Source: Moniliella sp. 'wahieum'
Taxonomy: Eukaryota
Direction: 5' to 3'
DNA length: 64,000 nucleotides
NCBI GenBank assembly: GCA_003971905.1
Contig: RSEE01000093.1
Coordinates: 124,001 to 188,000, forward strand
Positions 53,280 to 64,000 of this stretch are shown here, piece by piece. Under the pieces are notes generated by a model. That model had not been told where the DNA came from. It searched no databases and worked only from the letters and a program-made list of their open reading frames with translations. Each line of letters begins with the position of its first letter. The first letter of the stretch is position 1. The position numbers and the translations under genes are program-made.

Positions 53280-54030
53280 CTCTACCCCCCTTCCTTTTCT
53301 CTTTGGTTCTTGTATATCCACCCTATCTTTATGTGTTCAATGTAGATACACATTGTTCCCCTCTTCATCGCCACTGTACTCACACCCGCTGTTGCACTCT
53401 CATCCTTGCTCTGGGAACCGGCGAGGAACCGTGCCTGTGCTCGTAGGTCGCCGGTGATCGATATGATTATGGTCACTCCCACTCCCCACTTGATCGCTTT
53501 TCCCTGTGACATGTGAGGTGTGGTGAGGTGTGTAACATGCGAGGCCTCATGAGGTCAGGCCCCGGTCAGGCTCCGGCCCTCAGGGGCCATCTGATTGCGG
53601 CCAGTTGGCCACCGCGCATCAATCTGAGGCTGAGATGACAGTAGCTTGACGGTGTGCCAACAAAAGTTTCAACGTCACAAGTGCAGCGAACCACCTTGAG
53701 GGATGCGTTGAGCATGCCCGGATGACCGGCTGGGTCTGCTCATCCACGCCGGGATCGCTCAAGGCGATGTGTGATGTTGTTGCTCAGGAGCGGGCGACAA
53801 GCGAAAGGACGCCAACGGGGGCTGTCGACGGAAGAGGGACACGGACAATGGACAAGCGATGGACCCGCGATTGGGGCGCCGAACGGTGGGCGCGGCAGAG
53901 GGGCTGTGCTGCTGCCCCTGGCGGGGCTAGGGTTGTGCTCGCGCGCTGGGCGCTGGCTCCACTTCCAGTATACGACGGACAGCCGATCGATCATGATCGG
54001 CTCTGCTCTGCCACCGCCATCGCCACCGCC

Positions 54031-55940
54031 ATGGACACCGACGAGCAGCTGTATCCCATTGCCGTGCTCATTGACGAGCTCAAGAGTGAGGACCTGGCGC
54101 TGCGCCTCAACGCCATCCAGCATATCGGCACTATTGCCCTCGCTCTTGGCCCCAAGCGCACCCGCGACGAGCTGCTCCCCTTTCTCCAAGAGAGTCTCGA
54201 TGACGAAGATCCTGTTCTCCTCGCCCTAGCCGAGGAACTAAGCGTGCCTTTTGTCGACTACATTGGCGGTGCCGAGCATGCCCACCTGCTCTTCCCCATC
54301 CTCGAAAGCCTAGCTGGTGTGGAAGATGCGCCTGTGCGCGAAAGAGCGGCCGAGTCAATGGCGCAGCTGGTCCGCATTCTCAATCTGGAGCAGCTCGAGC
54401 ACTTCTACCTCCCCTTGGTCCTCAACCTCGCATCGAACGACTGGCTTGCCTCGCGCACCACTTCCACTGCCCTCATCCCCCCGGCATACCCGCTCCTAGG
54501 CCCGGAAGGACAGGCCCAGTTGCGCAAAGCGTTTGAGAAACTTTGCAACGACGACACGCCCATGGTGCGCCGTGCTGCGTCCCGTGACTTGATTGTACGC
54601 ATCTCCTCCTTGGCCTTTTTGCTTGTTTTTTCCTCCTCTTGTTCTGGGAAACTCGAGCTTTCCCCAGGACCCTCCTCGCTGCCGGCGTGACCCGAGGTGT
54701 GAGCTGACTGGTGCCACTTCGTTAGGGCCTGACCAAGGTAATGAACAAGCAAGAGGTTCTAACCGAAGCACTTCCGCTTTGCCGTCGCTTACTGCGCGAC
54801 GACCAGGACAGTGTCCGGTTGTTGACTCCAGAAAATGTCGTGGCTATCGCCGAGGCTCTCCCGAAAGAGGACGCCACGGCAGAACTCTTGCCCTCGGTTC
54901 GCGCCCTGGTGAGCGACAAGAGTTGGCGTGTGCGCTACGTGGCGGCAGACCAGCTGGTCAAGCTGAGCAAAGCCATGGTACCAGAGATGGTCCATACCGA
55001 ACTGGTGCAAGCGTTTGTGCGTTTGTTGCAGGACAGTGAGGCCGAAGTGCGCAACTCGGCTACGACTCAAATTCCGGGGATGGTGGAACTGTTGGAGCCA
55101 AGGATGGTGCTGGCTCGGATTGTGCCTCTGGTGCACGAGCTGGCGGGGGACGCTTCGGCGCCGTTGCGTACCACGCTGGCTCTCCAGGTCGCCGCGTTGG
55201 CCCCCAAGTTGGGCAAGGAAGGGACGATCGAGCACTTGTTGCCCGTCTTTCTTGCGCTGCTCAAGGACGATGACGCGCAAGTTCGGCTCAACGTCATTTC
55301 CAAATTGGAAGAGGTGAACGAGGTGATCGGGGTGGAGCTCTTGTCCCAATCTCTCTTGCCGGCGATTGTGGAGCTGGCAGAGGACAAGCAGTGGCGTGTG
55401 CGCCAGACGATCATCGAGTACATCCCTCTCCTCGCCAAGCAACTGGGCATGGCCTTTTTTGACGACCAGCTCGCCGCGCTCTGCATGAGCTGGCTCGCGG
55501 ACGCTGTCTTTTCCGTTCGGGAAGCTGCGACGATCAACCTGTGCAGACTGACGGAGGTGTTTGGGGTGCCTTGGTCCCAACGTACGATCCTGCCTGAAGT
55601 TATTAAGCTGGCGCAGCACCCGAACTACCTCTCCCGCCTCACCACCCTCTTTGCACTGTCGGCCATGGCAGAGGCGCTGGACAAAGCCACTCTGGCAGAA
55701 ACTGTCCTACCCACCGTGATGCAGCTGGCACACGACCCTATCCCCAACATCCGGTTCAATGTGGCCCAAACGCTTCAGCGCCTCGCTCTCCTTCTCCTTT
55801 CCGAGCCCGACCCGCAAGCAGAGGCAGTCAAACGGTTGGTCCCGACGCTGACGACGCTTAAGGACGACAAGGATGCAGACGTGCGTTTCTTTGCCCAAAG
55901 GGCCCTCGAGGCTTTGCCGGGTACGGTACTGGAAGGGTGA
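54031..55940 (+). CDS. TPD3: Protein phosphatase 2A scaffold (A/PR65) subunit, HEAT repeats
   Basis: LYPIAVLIDELKSED..RLNAI..IALALG..RTRDELLPFL; DDTPMVRRAA; intron 54595-54725; DKSWRVRY; VRLNVISKLE; LAEDKQWRVR; DPIPNIRFNVA; D.DVRFFA. Confidence 0.98.
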
Positions 55941-56120
55941 CAATGTCAAGGTAGATTGCAATTGCTTGGTACAAATGCGAATGTAGGGGAATGATGCGGG
56001 TCTGGTAGAGGGTAGAGGGGGAGAGGGACAGATGAGATGATGATGAGATGAGATGAGATGCAACGAAAAGAGGATTGGGATAATGACAGGAGGCAAAAAA
56101 AGAGCGGAGTAGAGCAGAAA

Positions 56121-59100
56121 TTAGCTTAAACATCCGGACCAAGCACGTCGAGACCAACTGCGGATCCCGAGCTTCAAGCGCTTGCCAGCCCCTTCCGCCC
56201 GTCCAACCACGGCGGCCCACAAAGAAACGGTGGGTGGCAACATGACGTGCCGGCGGACGCAAACTCGAGTCGAGTGCGAGGCATTGACGAATCAGATCGG
56301 CCACATCGCGCAGAGCACCCCCCCCGTCTGGTGCTGTATGCTGGCTCGGCACAGCTTCCAGTGCCACGCGTTCGCGCAGGGTGCACGCGGCTCGAGTACC
56401 GTCCTCGAGCGCCTGAAGCGCCTCCTTTCCGTTCCAAAACGGGCATTCCCCGCAAATCAGAACGTATAACACCACCCCCAACGCCCAAACATCTTGCGCC
56501 GGGCCTTCGTACCTCTCGCTCCGAAGAATTTCCGGCGCGGCAAAATCCAACGTTCCGGAAAAGGTGTCAAAGCGTTTGCGTGGCAAGCGGGGAACGTGCG
56601 CGGCGGAGCCAAAGTCGATCAGTTGGGCATGGCCCGTAGGTGTGAGAATAACGTTTTCGTCCTTGATATCACGATGGACCATGCCCTGGGCATGAAGGAA
56701 GGCCAAGGCAGCCGCCACCTGGCCACCGATCCCACGCACCTGGTTGACACTCAAGCCCGTGGCCGACGCCTCGACAAAATCAAACACATCCTGGCCTTGA
56801 CCAAACCGGTGCATAACCAAGTAATAAAACTCGGCATCTTCAAAAAAGTCGAGCATGCGCACAATGCCTGGGTGGTGCGTAGGGCCGGGTCCGTCCTGAG
56901 CTGGCCGGGGCCGAGCAAAGGCAGAAGCAGGCGTCTCTTGGCGTTTGTCCGTTGGTTGGAGGTGAGGCAGAAGTACCTCTGGGGCCCAAGGGGGAAATTG
57001 GGTGGGGGGATGATAGTCAATCCGACGCAGCTGCTCCATCACATGAATCTCGGTCGGAATGGTCCCCAAGACACGGTGCCGGCGCCAACAATCCGCCAAG
57101 ATGCGGCTTTTGACAATCGACTTGATCACCACTGTCTCCCCTATAACGGGTGTGCCCTCTTGCGTCTTGGGGCGTTCCTCACTGCCGCACGGCTCTCGCA
57201 GCCGCGCAAGGTTGACCACCCCATACGCACCCCGGCCAATTTCTTGAAGCACCTCAAAGTCCCGGATCTTGCGCTTTTCCCCATTGGGAAGAGGCGAGTA
57301 GGGGATTGTAGGTCCATCCACTGCGGCCGGAGTAGCTGGGGGACACGGCTTGGCCGAGGACTCCTCCTCTACCTTAGATAGACCACGAGCCTTCGACAGA
57401 CACACAGGTCGGTGGTGCCCGGCCGGAGGAGATAATGGCAGAGGCAAAGCACAAGAAGCAGAAGGGCTTTGCAATGCGAGGAATCGGCTGAGTTCACTAG
57501 TTGTGGGGGTGCGTAGGACCATACCGCCCTCTGCGCACCGCTTGGCCCGGGTCGGAGGAGACGACACGGGGGAGAGTATCGGGTCAGCACATTCGGGGGG
57601 CAGCACGCCCAGGGTATTGGTCGGATCTTCAGCAACAGCTTGCTGCAGGCGAGCCAGCAGACGGTCAATGTTGAACGTATCCGACGCCTCGCCAAGAGTC
57701 TCACTGGGGCGGGGGATGGGGTGTCGGACGGGGTGGATAGGGAGGAGGTTCGGTGGTCGGCCAGGAGCTCCCCAGGCTTGGCACAACATGCCCCCATGGG
57801 GAGGCTGGGTTGCTCCCCAATAGCGAAGAGGGGGAGTCGGGGTCCAATTCAAGAGGGCAGGGGCGAGGCGTCGTAGCCAATTCGGGCGGGGTCCCGAGCT
57901 GGAGGGTAGGATGCCCTGCTGCGACGAGGACCTGGTACGCTCCATTCTCTGCCAAAGGGTCTGAGTTAGGAAGCGCGCGCTGTGCCGGCGCCGAGGAAGG
58001 ACCAGTGTCGGGTCAGCGGAGGAAGTGGAACGGATTGCATCTAGAGCAGGTGAGAAAAGCCAGATTAGCGTGCCAGATCACAAAAAGTCCTCACTGTCAT
58101 GAGGAACGCACCCTGAAGAAACTGGCGTGAAGAGCTTGGCGCTGTAACCCGGGCCGCACTGGGCTGGATTGAAGGGGCTATGGGAAGTTCTGGTGAAAGG
58201 CCGAGGGAGACGGAGGGCTGAGCAGAGGATAGAGCTTGCCTTGTTCCCGTAGGGCAGACTGAGGGAGAGAAGGATCGCGGCCCATGGAACGAAAGGGTGC
58301 ACACGCAGGCGAAGGGGCGGGAGTCGCAGGCGGTAAGGGTGGGGGAGAGCGGGGGCAGCGCAAGGGAGGGTGGAGAGGGGGGTGCAATCCGATTGAGCGC
58401 CGGCAAAGGAGATGGGCTCGGGGCTGGAACGGGCAGGTCTTGCGAGCGTCGACTATTGGGCACAGCAGTGGATTTGGGAGTCGCATTCAAACTTGGATTG
58501 GGTGTGTCCTGTCCCACATCGTGAGAAAAGCTGGGCCCCAGGGGGGGCTGGCCTGGTGGGCGCGGGGTGGTGAAAGGGCGGACGGAGCGGGCTGTTCAAG
58601 CGTGTCCCTCGATCTGGGCGGGGGGTCGAGAGAAGTGAGGGTGCGAGGGGACGGCAGCGGCGGGTAGAGAGGCGGGGAGGAGATGTCGACGTTGCCGTGG
58701 ATGGTGCGTGGGGTGCCAATGCTCGCCACTCGTCCGAGCAGGGTGGAGGGAGTGGTGGTGCGGATGCGGGGATGATGGCGGGCAAGATGTCGCTGGAGCG
58801 GCCGAAGCTGCGGACCGAGTAGGCGCTGCTGCTGCGGCTCGAGCGCGCCAGCGACGAGGGTCGGGCACATGGGGCGGGGACGCGGGTGCGGGGTGGAGGG
58901 GGCGACGGACCAAGGCGAGGGCGGGGCGGAGTAGACGATGTCAGGGTCGCGCCGGCGAGGGGGCGCAGTGGGGGTGCCGGCGCTGGCAGGCCGGTGTTTG
59001 CTGGCGGCGATGGGGCTGCGGGTGGGCAGGCGGTGGGGGCTGTGCCGAGGGAGGCGGTGCGGGCGGGGTGGGAGGGGCGGCGCTCGGGAAAGGCGGGGGG

Positions 59101-59124
59101 GGGGCCTATTCGTTCGAGCGGCAT
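56121..59124 (-). CDS. PAS-kinase-like (CAMK/PASK group) Ser/Thr kinase with low-complexity N-terminus; ends approximate
   Basis: IGRGAYGVV; VVIKSIVKSRILADCWRRHRVLGTIPTEIHVM (PASK-typical); HPGIVRMLDFFED; HRDIKDENVIL; LIDFGSAA; FDTFSGTLDFAAPE; DVWALGV. Confidence 0.88.
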
Positions 59125-59791
59125 GCCAGCGCAGCGACGGAGGTGGGGGAGGGGAGGAGGGGGGGAAAGGAGAAGAGGAGGACGAAAAGGGGGGAGGAGA
59201 GGAGGACGAAAAAGGGGGAGGAAAAAGAGGATAGCGTCGACGTGCTGGCCAGTTTCTGCCCCAGGCTTCGGGCTGCGGTGTGTGTGAACATGCAATGTGC
59301 TTTGCAGTTGAGAATAGCTTGCGATCTGCGCAGAGGAATCTGAGGCTCTGAATCCGAGGCCGTCTGGGAAAAGTTCAGCCGAGTAGCCGCTGCTCCGCCG
59401 GTGCAATCAGGCTCATCGACCCATCCACCTCTTCGACACGCTCGTTGCCATCACCGGCCTCTGCGCTGCACCCAGGCCGGAGGGGCGAGGACGAGAGCGT
59501 GCGCGTGACTCGCGAAGGGGCTAGTCACCGTGACGAACTCAGTACCGATACTGACTAGGGGGTGACTAAGTAGTGACTCCCATCCAGGCTGCGTTCTGCT
59601 CTCCTAGTCCCTTGTCCCCTAAGCCTAAGGCCTAAGGCTAGGCCTAACCTCTTGCAGCGGCTGCACCAGGGCGTCTGCCTGCCGTCGCCCTGCCCATCAG
59701 TCACATACATCCACACCTCCCGCTCGCCCCATCCACATCCGCTCTCCACTACGCCTGCACATCGCATTTGCATCGGACCATACAGCACCCA

Positions 59792-62588
59792 TCACCGCCC
59801 CCCAAAGTACCCCCTCCAGCCCTTGGGCTCCATCGGCGTCGGCGTAGCCAATTCGCCCGAGTCGGCGCGCATATGCCCCCGCGCAAAGTCCGTCTGGATC
59901 GGCGGCACACCCAGGTTCTTGCCTCGCCCCCCCGCCGGCGCTGGTATCATACCCGGCTCGCGGCTGTTGGCCACCGACTCTCCCACCCGCGAAACAATGT
60001 CGCGCGCGCCCACTTGCAAGTTGGCAAACAACGAGTTGGCCGCGTGCCCAGCCCCGTACCCACCAGCCCGGCCAAGCCACCCGATGCTTGCGCTAGCTTC
60101 ATGGCTCGGTGCACAGGCGTCGGCCCCGACTCGGCCGGCACATCCGCCAACGCCTCCGCAGCCACCTTGCGCTTAGCGCTGTCCATCACCGCGGTCACAT
60201 CCGCTTTCTCCAGGTCGTCACGCGCACGGAGGATATGCTCGACAAAGGCGAGTTGGGGCCCGTTGGTTTTAGCAAACGTCCAATAGGACAAGAACGCCAT
60301 GGTCGAAGACGAGGTGATCAGGCCGAGGCTGTCAGAAACGAGAGAGAGAGGCAAGCAGGTCAGTACCAGGCACTTCTTCAAAAAATGTAGGAAAGACTAG
60401 ATCAGACGTACACTTGATGCATCACCTCCAGCTTCTCGTTCATCTCCTCTTCCCTCCCATACCCGATAAACAGTGTGCTGACTTCTTCGATATCGCGCCG
60501 CATTGCATCCGCAGCAGCGGGCATCCGCAGCTTGCTGGTTTTGTAGAGAGCGGCAAAGTAGGTGACCAAGAAACGGTCCAAAATATCGTCTTGCAGCACT
60601 TCGAACAGGTTGGGGTTCAAGTGAGCCACATAATCGTTGCTGTAATCCCGGAACGTCTCGACAATCTGCGCCATTAGACCCTCCGTATACCAGGTGGGGA
60701 AGACAAAGAGCTCCTTTACAGCTGGGCGCAGATCCGCGAACATGAGCTCAACCAGGACTTGGGTGCAGCGCTTGGACACATCCAAGAAGCCATTTAGACA
60801 TTGTCGGTTGCTTCCCGGATCGGCCCACGGTAGCGAGGATCCACCTGGGGTACCATCCGCTCTTGCAGCGCCTCGGTGTACTCGGCGGATTTGAGGTGAT
60901 CATTAGCAATAGCGATAATGTACTCCACCAAGCCCCCTACCACAAGTTCAGGCTGCTTAGCGTCAGCCTGCTTGTGGTATTCCTGCTCCAGAAGTCGCAA
61001 CCAGGTGGTCTGGCAATTGATCATGGCCGTGCATGCATGCTCAATTGCGCGGGTCAAGATCGATCCTTCTCCTGACTCGGCGCCAGATCCATTTGCTGAT
61101 TGACCATCTGGAAGAGAATGACGGCGCCTTGCATCCCGTACTGGCCTTCCGAATCTTCCTCTGGTGGCTCCTCGCGCGAGACAAAGACACCGGCCTCATC
61201 CGACATGAGGTTGGCAGTCCACTCGTCAATCTTGCGCACGATCAGTTTGAGATAATCGTCAATCATCGTCCTCCCTTCCTCCCAAGAGAGAGGGCTGCAG
61301 CCAGGCTGCTTCAACCCCCACATCACTCAGCATCGTCTGTTCGTATTGCTTAGAGAACTGGTAGAGCGTCAACAGCGCCGATGCCTCCGGTTCGGTCGAG
61401 AGAATGCGCTCATCCAACATCTGTCCCAGTTGACGGTGGTAAAGCTTACAGTACCACTCGAAGATGTTGTAGTCGGGCGGAAAGAGGCTGGTCATGTCCG
61501 ACTTGACAAACAGCAGGTCTTCAAACAACCATCCCATGTGCTCCAGCAAGCCCATCCGGTCCCCCGAGTCGGCGCCATACGTCATCCACAGCTCATCGAA
61601 CAGTTTCTTGGTTTCGGCCTCAATCGCGTCCAGCGCCTTGTGGCGGTAAAGTTTGATGCGGCGCGCGGCAATTGGCGAGGCGGGGTCAAACCGACTTGCG
61701 CCTTCCAAATGGGCCCGCTTGGCCAGTCGGATCGCTGCCGTCTTCTCATCGTCGCGACCCTCCTTCTCTATCACTTTGAATGTCTTGACCACAACCGACA
61801 ACCGACCCTCGCGAGTTAGATCCATCGATCGTGCCGCAAGTCCCATCAGATACGCATCGAACTCTTGGCCTAGGTCGTCCAGCTCATAAAACACGCCCTC
61901 CAATCGCGCCCGCGAAGACGCCCGCATGTTCTTCTCGACACGAACCAGCGTGGTCGCCTTGAAGGATTGGAGCTGAGATAGATGGTAATGGAGAGGGATG
62001 AGTTGCTTGGCGGGGCCCATGTGGGCAAGATCATCCTGAGCCTCGGCCAAGAGCGCCTGCAGTTGCCGCACCTGCTCTGGGAGCGCAGTCAGCTTGTCCA
62101 GCACGGCAGCCGTCTGGACAAAGTTGCGGTGCACCTGGGACACCTCGGCAATCAACTTGAATGACTCGTGCTCTTTGGCCGGCTGCTTTCCTGACGGGTG
62201 GTCTGACATGCCGTCGATCTGGACAAAGGCCTCGCGGATGAGCGCAGTGTTGGCGGGTGCCCTGGAGCTTAATCAGTCCTTCGCGCGTCGCTTCCAGTTG
62301 CTCCTTGGCGCCGCTTTTGAGCTTGGCTTCGAGCATAGCCTGCTCTTTCTCCAGCTTGCGCCGCAGCACAGCGATTTTGGCCAGGTCATCAGGCGATTTG
62401 AGATGCTCGGACGCAAAGGAGCTTACCGCGCCGCCGGGCAGCGGCAGCGGGCCATTGCTAGTGCCTTTGCCATTGGCCTCGCGGGCGGGCAGCCGGTCGG
62501 GCTGCACTCCGGCCGCAGCGGCAGCGGCCTTGACGCGCTGGCGCGATGGCAATGGGGGGGCTCGTGGTGGCGGCTGGAATTCGCTCAT
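59792..62588 (-). CDS. SEC6: Exocyst complex component Sec6/EXOC3
   Basis: LKSPDDLAKIAVLRRKLEKE..EAKLKSG.KEQL; VSQVHRNF; LIPLHYHLSQL; FKVIEKEGRDDEK; FPPDY.IF; VILFQMVNQQ; EYIIAIAND; IVETFRDY; FVEHILRARDD. Intron ~60411-60329. Confidence 0.93.
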
Positions 62589-63193
62589 GGCGGGCAGACG
62601 ACCAAGTGGGGGTGGTGCGATGAAGGCGCTGGGCCCAAGCATGCCGCTGCCCGTCGCCGCCTCCGCCCTCGGCCTCGACGCCCCACCCCACACGTCACGC
62701 GGGAAATGTTCAATTTCGCTCTGCTCTGAAAGATTGCGCATCGAATGCAACCAATCCCCACGGCCAGTTAGATGATCTTTTCTGCCATGCGATGCTCCGC
62801 CATTGGGTTATCGACGCTGCCTACACCGAAGCGGGGAAGGACGATCCTTGCCTACGATCCCACCCTCTTTGCCCACGGATCCGAGCATCTATTTTTCAAA
62901 ACGTGGTTAGGGCAGGAAACACGGGCGCACATCTCCATATTTGAGAGTTCTCTTACGTTTGTATATCAGTCCCTTTTTTCAGCGAGTGTTGGGCCAGTGA
63001 GGAAGAGGCGGCAAAACAAACTATACAAGGATCGTTAATACACAGAAGGAGGAGATGCATTATGCAGACACAAAAGCGGGGAGGGTATAGCGTCATAGTA
63101 ATGCGCAAACAAAGGATGCGAGATTAGGATACGGAGTAGGATAGGCCTCTTCTAATAGTGCTTCTCGTCGAAAAAGGGCGACAAAACAAAGAT

Positions 63194-64000
63194 TCACGCG
63201 ACTTGGTGGGAAGCTGGGAGCATGCTCAGAGCCCCATTGGTCCGGAGCAGGCACATGTTCTGCATGGCATATTTACCTTTGCGCCCACTGTCCAGCTGCT
63301 TACCCGACATGACCACATCAAACGCTTCCCGTGCCTTCTCCACCTCTCCCCGTGCGGAATACAACCGCCCGAGCTCATAGTAGGAAAAGTAGGCCAGGTA
63401 GTGGTCTTGCGACAGTTGACGGGCATGCGAGATCACCACCTTAAGACTCTCCTCCGCTGCTTGGTTGGCCTTGGCACGGAGAGGGGCGGATACAGGGGGC
63501 TCGCTGGCATGCTCCTCAGGGTAGGCCAGGTGCTTCTGCACGGTGGCATGAAGAAAGTGGGCCAGGCACAGGTCGTCCCAGTATGCCTCCGGGCCTGCCG
63601 GATACGCATCGGGACTTGGTGTGGCTTGGAGTTTGCGCAACGCAGCTTGTACCTGAGGGAGATGGGCTTGAAGCAGCGCAGAACCCGGGGCATGGGAGAT
63701 GCAGTGGTACACGTAGCTAAACTCGAGGGCTGGAAGCACCAAGTAGCCCTGGTTCTTGAGCTTGGCTGCTTTCTTCTGGACAAACTTTTCCAAGGGGATC
63801 GACTTGCCTGCAATTCGTTGCATGTGCTTTGGCGCCTCGGCCATCAGTTCCAGGGCATGAGACTGAGCCGCCCCGGGCTCAGCATCCGCCCACAACACCG
63901 ACGGTTCCCCCTTTTCACCCCACTGCTTCGATGCTTTGTAAGGGGAGACACCCTGGGCCCGGGCGATGAGCAAGTGCTGATACATGGTGGCGCCCATGCC
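63194..64000 (-). CDS. IML2: Iml2/TTC39 (DUF3808) TPR protein, 3' part (5' end outside window)
   Basis: IAGKSIPLEKFVQKKA; LVLPALEFSYVY; DHYLAYFSYYELGRLY; GRKGKYAMQNMCLLRTNGAL. Confidence 0.88.
   Translation of the reverse strand, partial: GMGATMYQHLLIARAQGVSPYKASKQWGEKGEPSVLWADAEPGAAQSHALELMAEAPKHMQRIAGKSIPLEKFVQKKAAKLKNQGYLVLPALEFSYVYHCISHAPGSALLQAHLPQVQAALRKLQATPSPDAYPAGPEAYWDDLCLAHFLHATVQKHLAYPEEHASEPPVSAPLRAKANQAAEESLKVVISHARQLSQDHYLAYFSYYELGRLYSARGEVEKAREAFDVVMSGKQLDSGRKGKYAMQNMCLLRTNGALSMLPASHQVA

Noticed and set aside
55858..56120. Apparent antisense overlap of the kinase ORF with the PP2A A-subunit 3' end
   Set aside because: The extension runs through UTR-like GA-rich sequence and is best explained by an indel hiding the true stop near 56125.

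Overview
Eukaryotic, gene-dense, GC-rich fungal DNA, most consistent with a basidiomycete yeast or smut-type genome (short GT-AG introns with CTGAC/CTAAC-like branch points, intron-containing tRNA). About 25 protein-coding genes can be reconstructed, mostly housekeeping: phosphoglucomutase, a Zn2Cys6 transcription factor, a LysM protein, PRA1/Yip3, Rot1, a peroxisomal SCP2 protein, Sfm1, UPF0390, a class I methyltransferase, Ysh1/CPSF73, Ubc4, Lunapark, Nse3/MAGE, Dbp6, a DH-domain RhoGEF, the PP2A A subunit, a PAS-kinase-like kinase, Sec6 and partial Iml2/TTC39. There is one tRNA-Ala(CGC). Most genes, including essential ones, are broken by single-base indels, which I read as uncorrected long-read errors, so CDS ends are approximate. 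Four observations stand out. (1) An apparent single gene fusing an Sdt1-type HAD pyrimidine 5'-nucleotidase with intact catalytic motifs to an F-box/WD40 ubiquitin-ligase receptor (~29.0-33.1 kb). (2) A recurring intergenic 7-bp-period pattern, TNA-[4-bp palindrome]-TNA, that uses many different palindromes. (3) A hairpin-dense putative ncRNA or element at ~21.1-21.7 kb. (4) A diverged ~100-bp sequence shared between that locus and the gene-free region at 38.4 kb.
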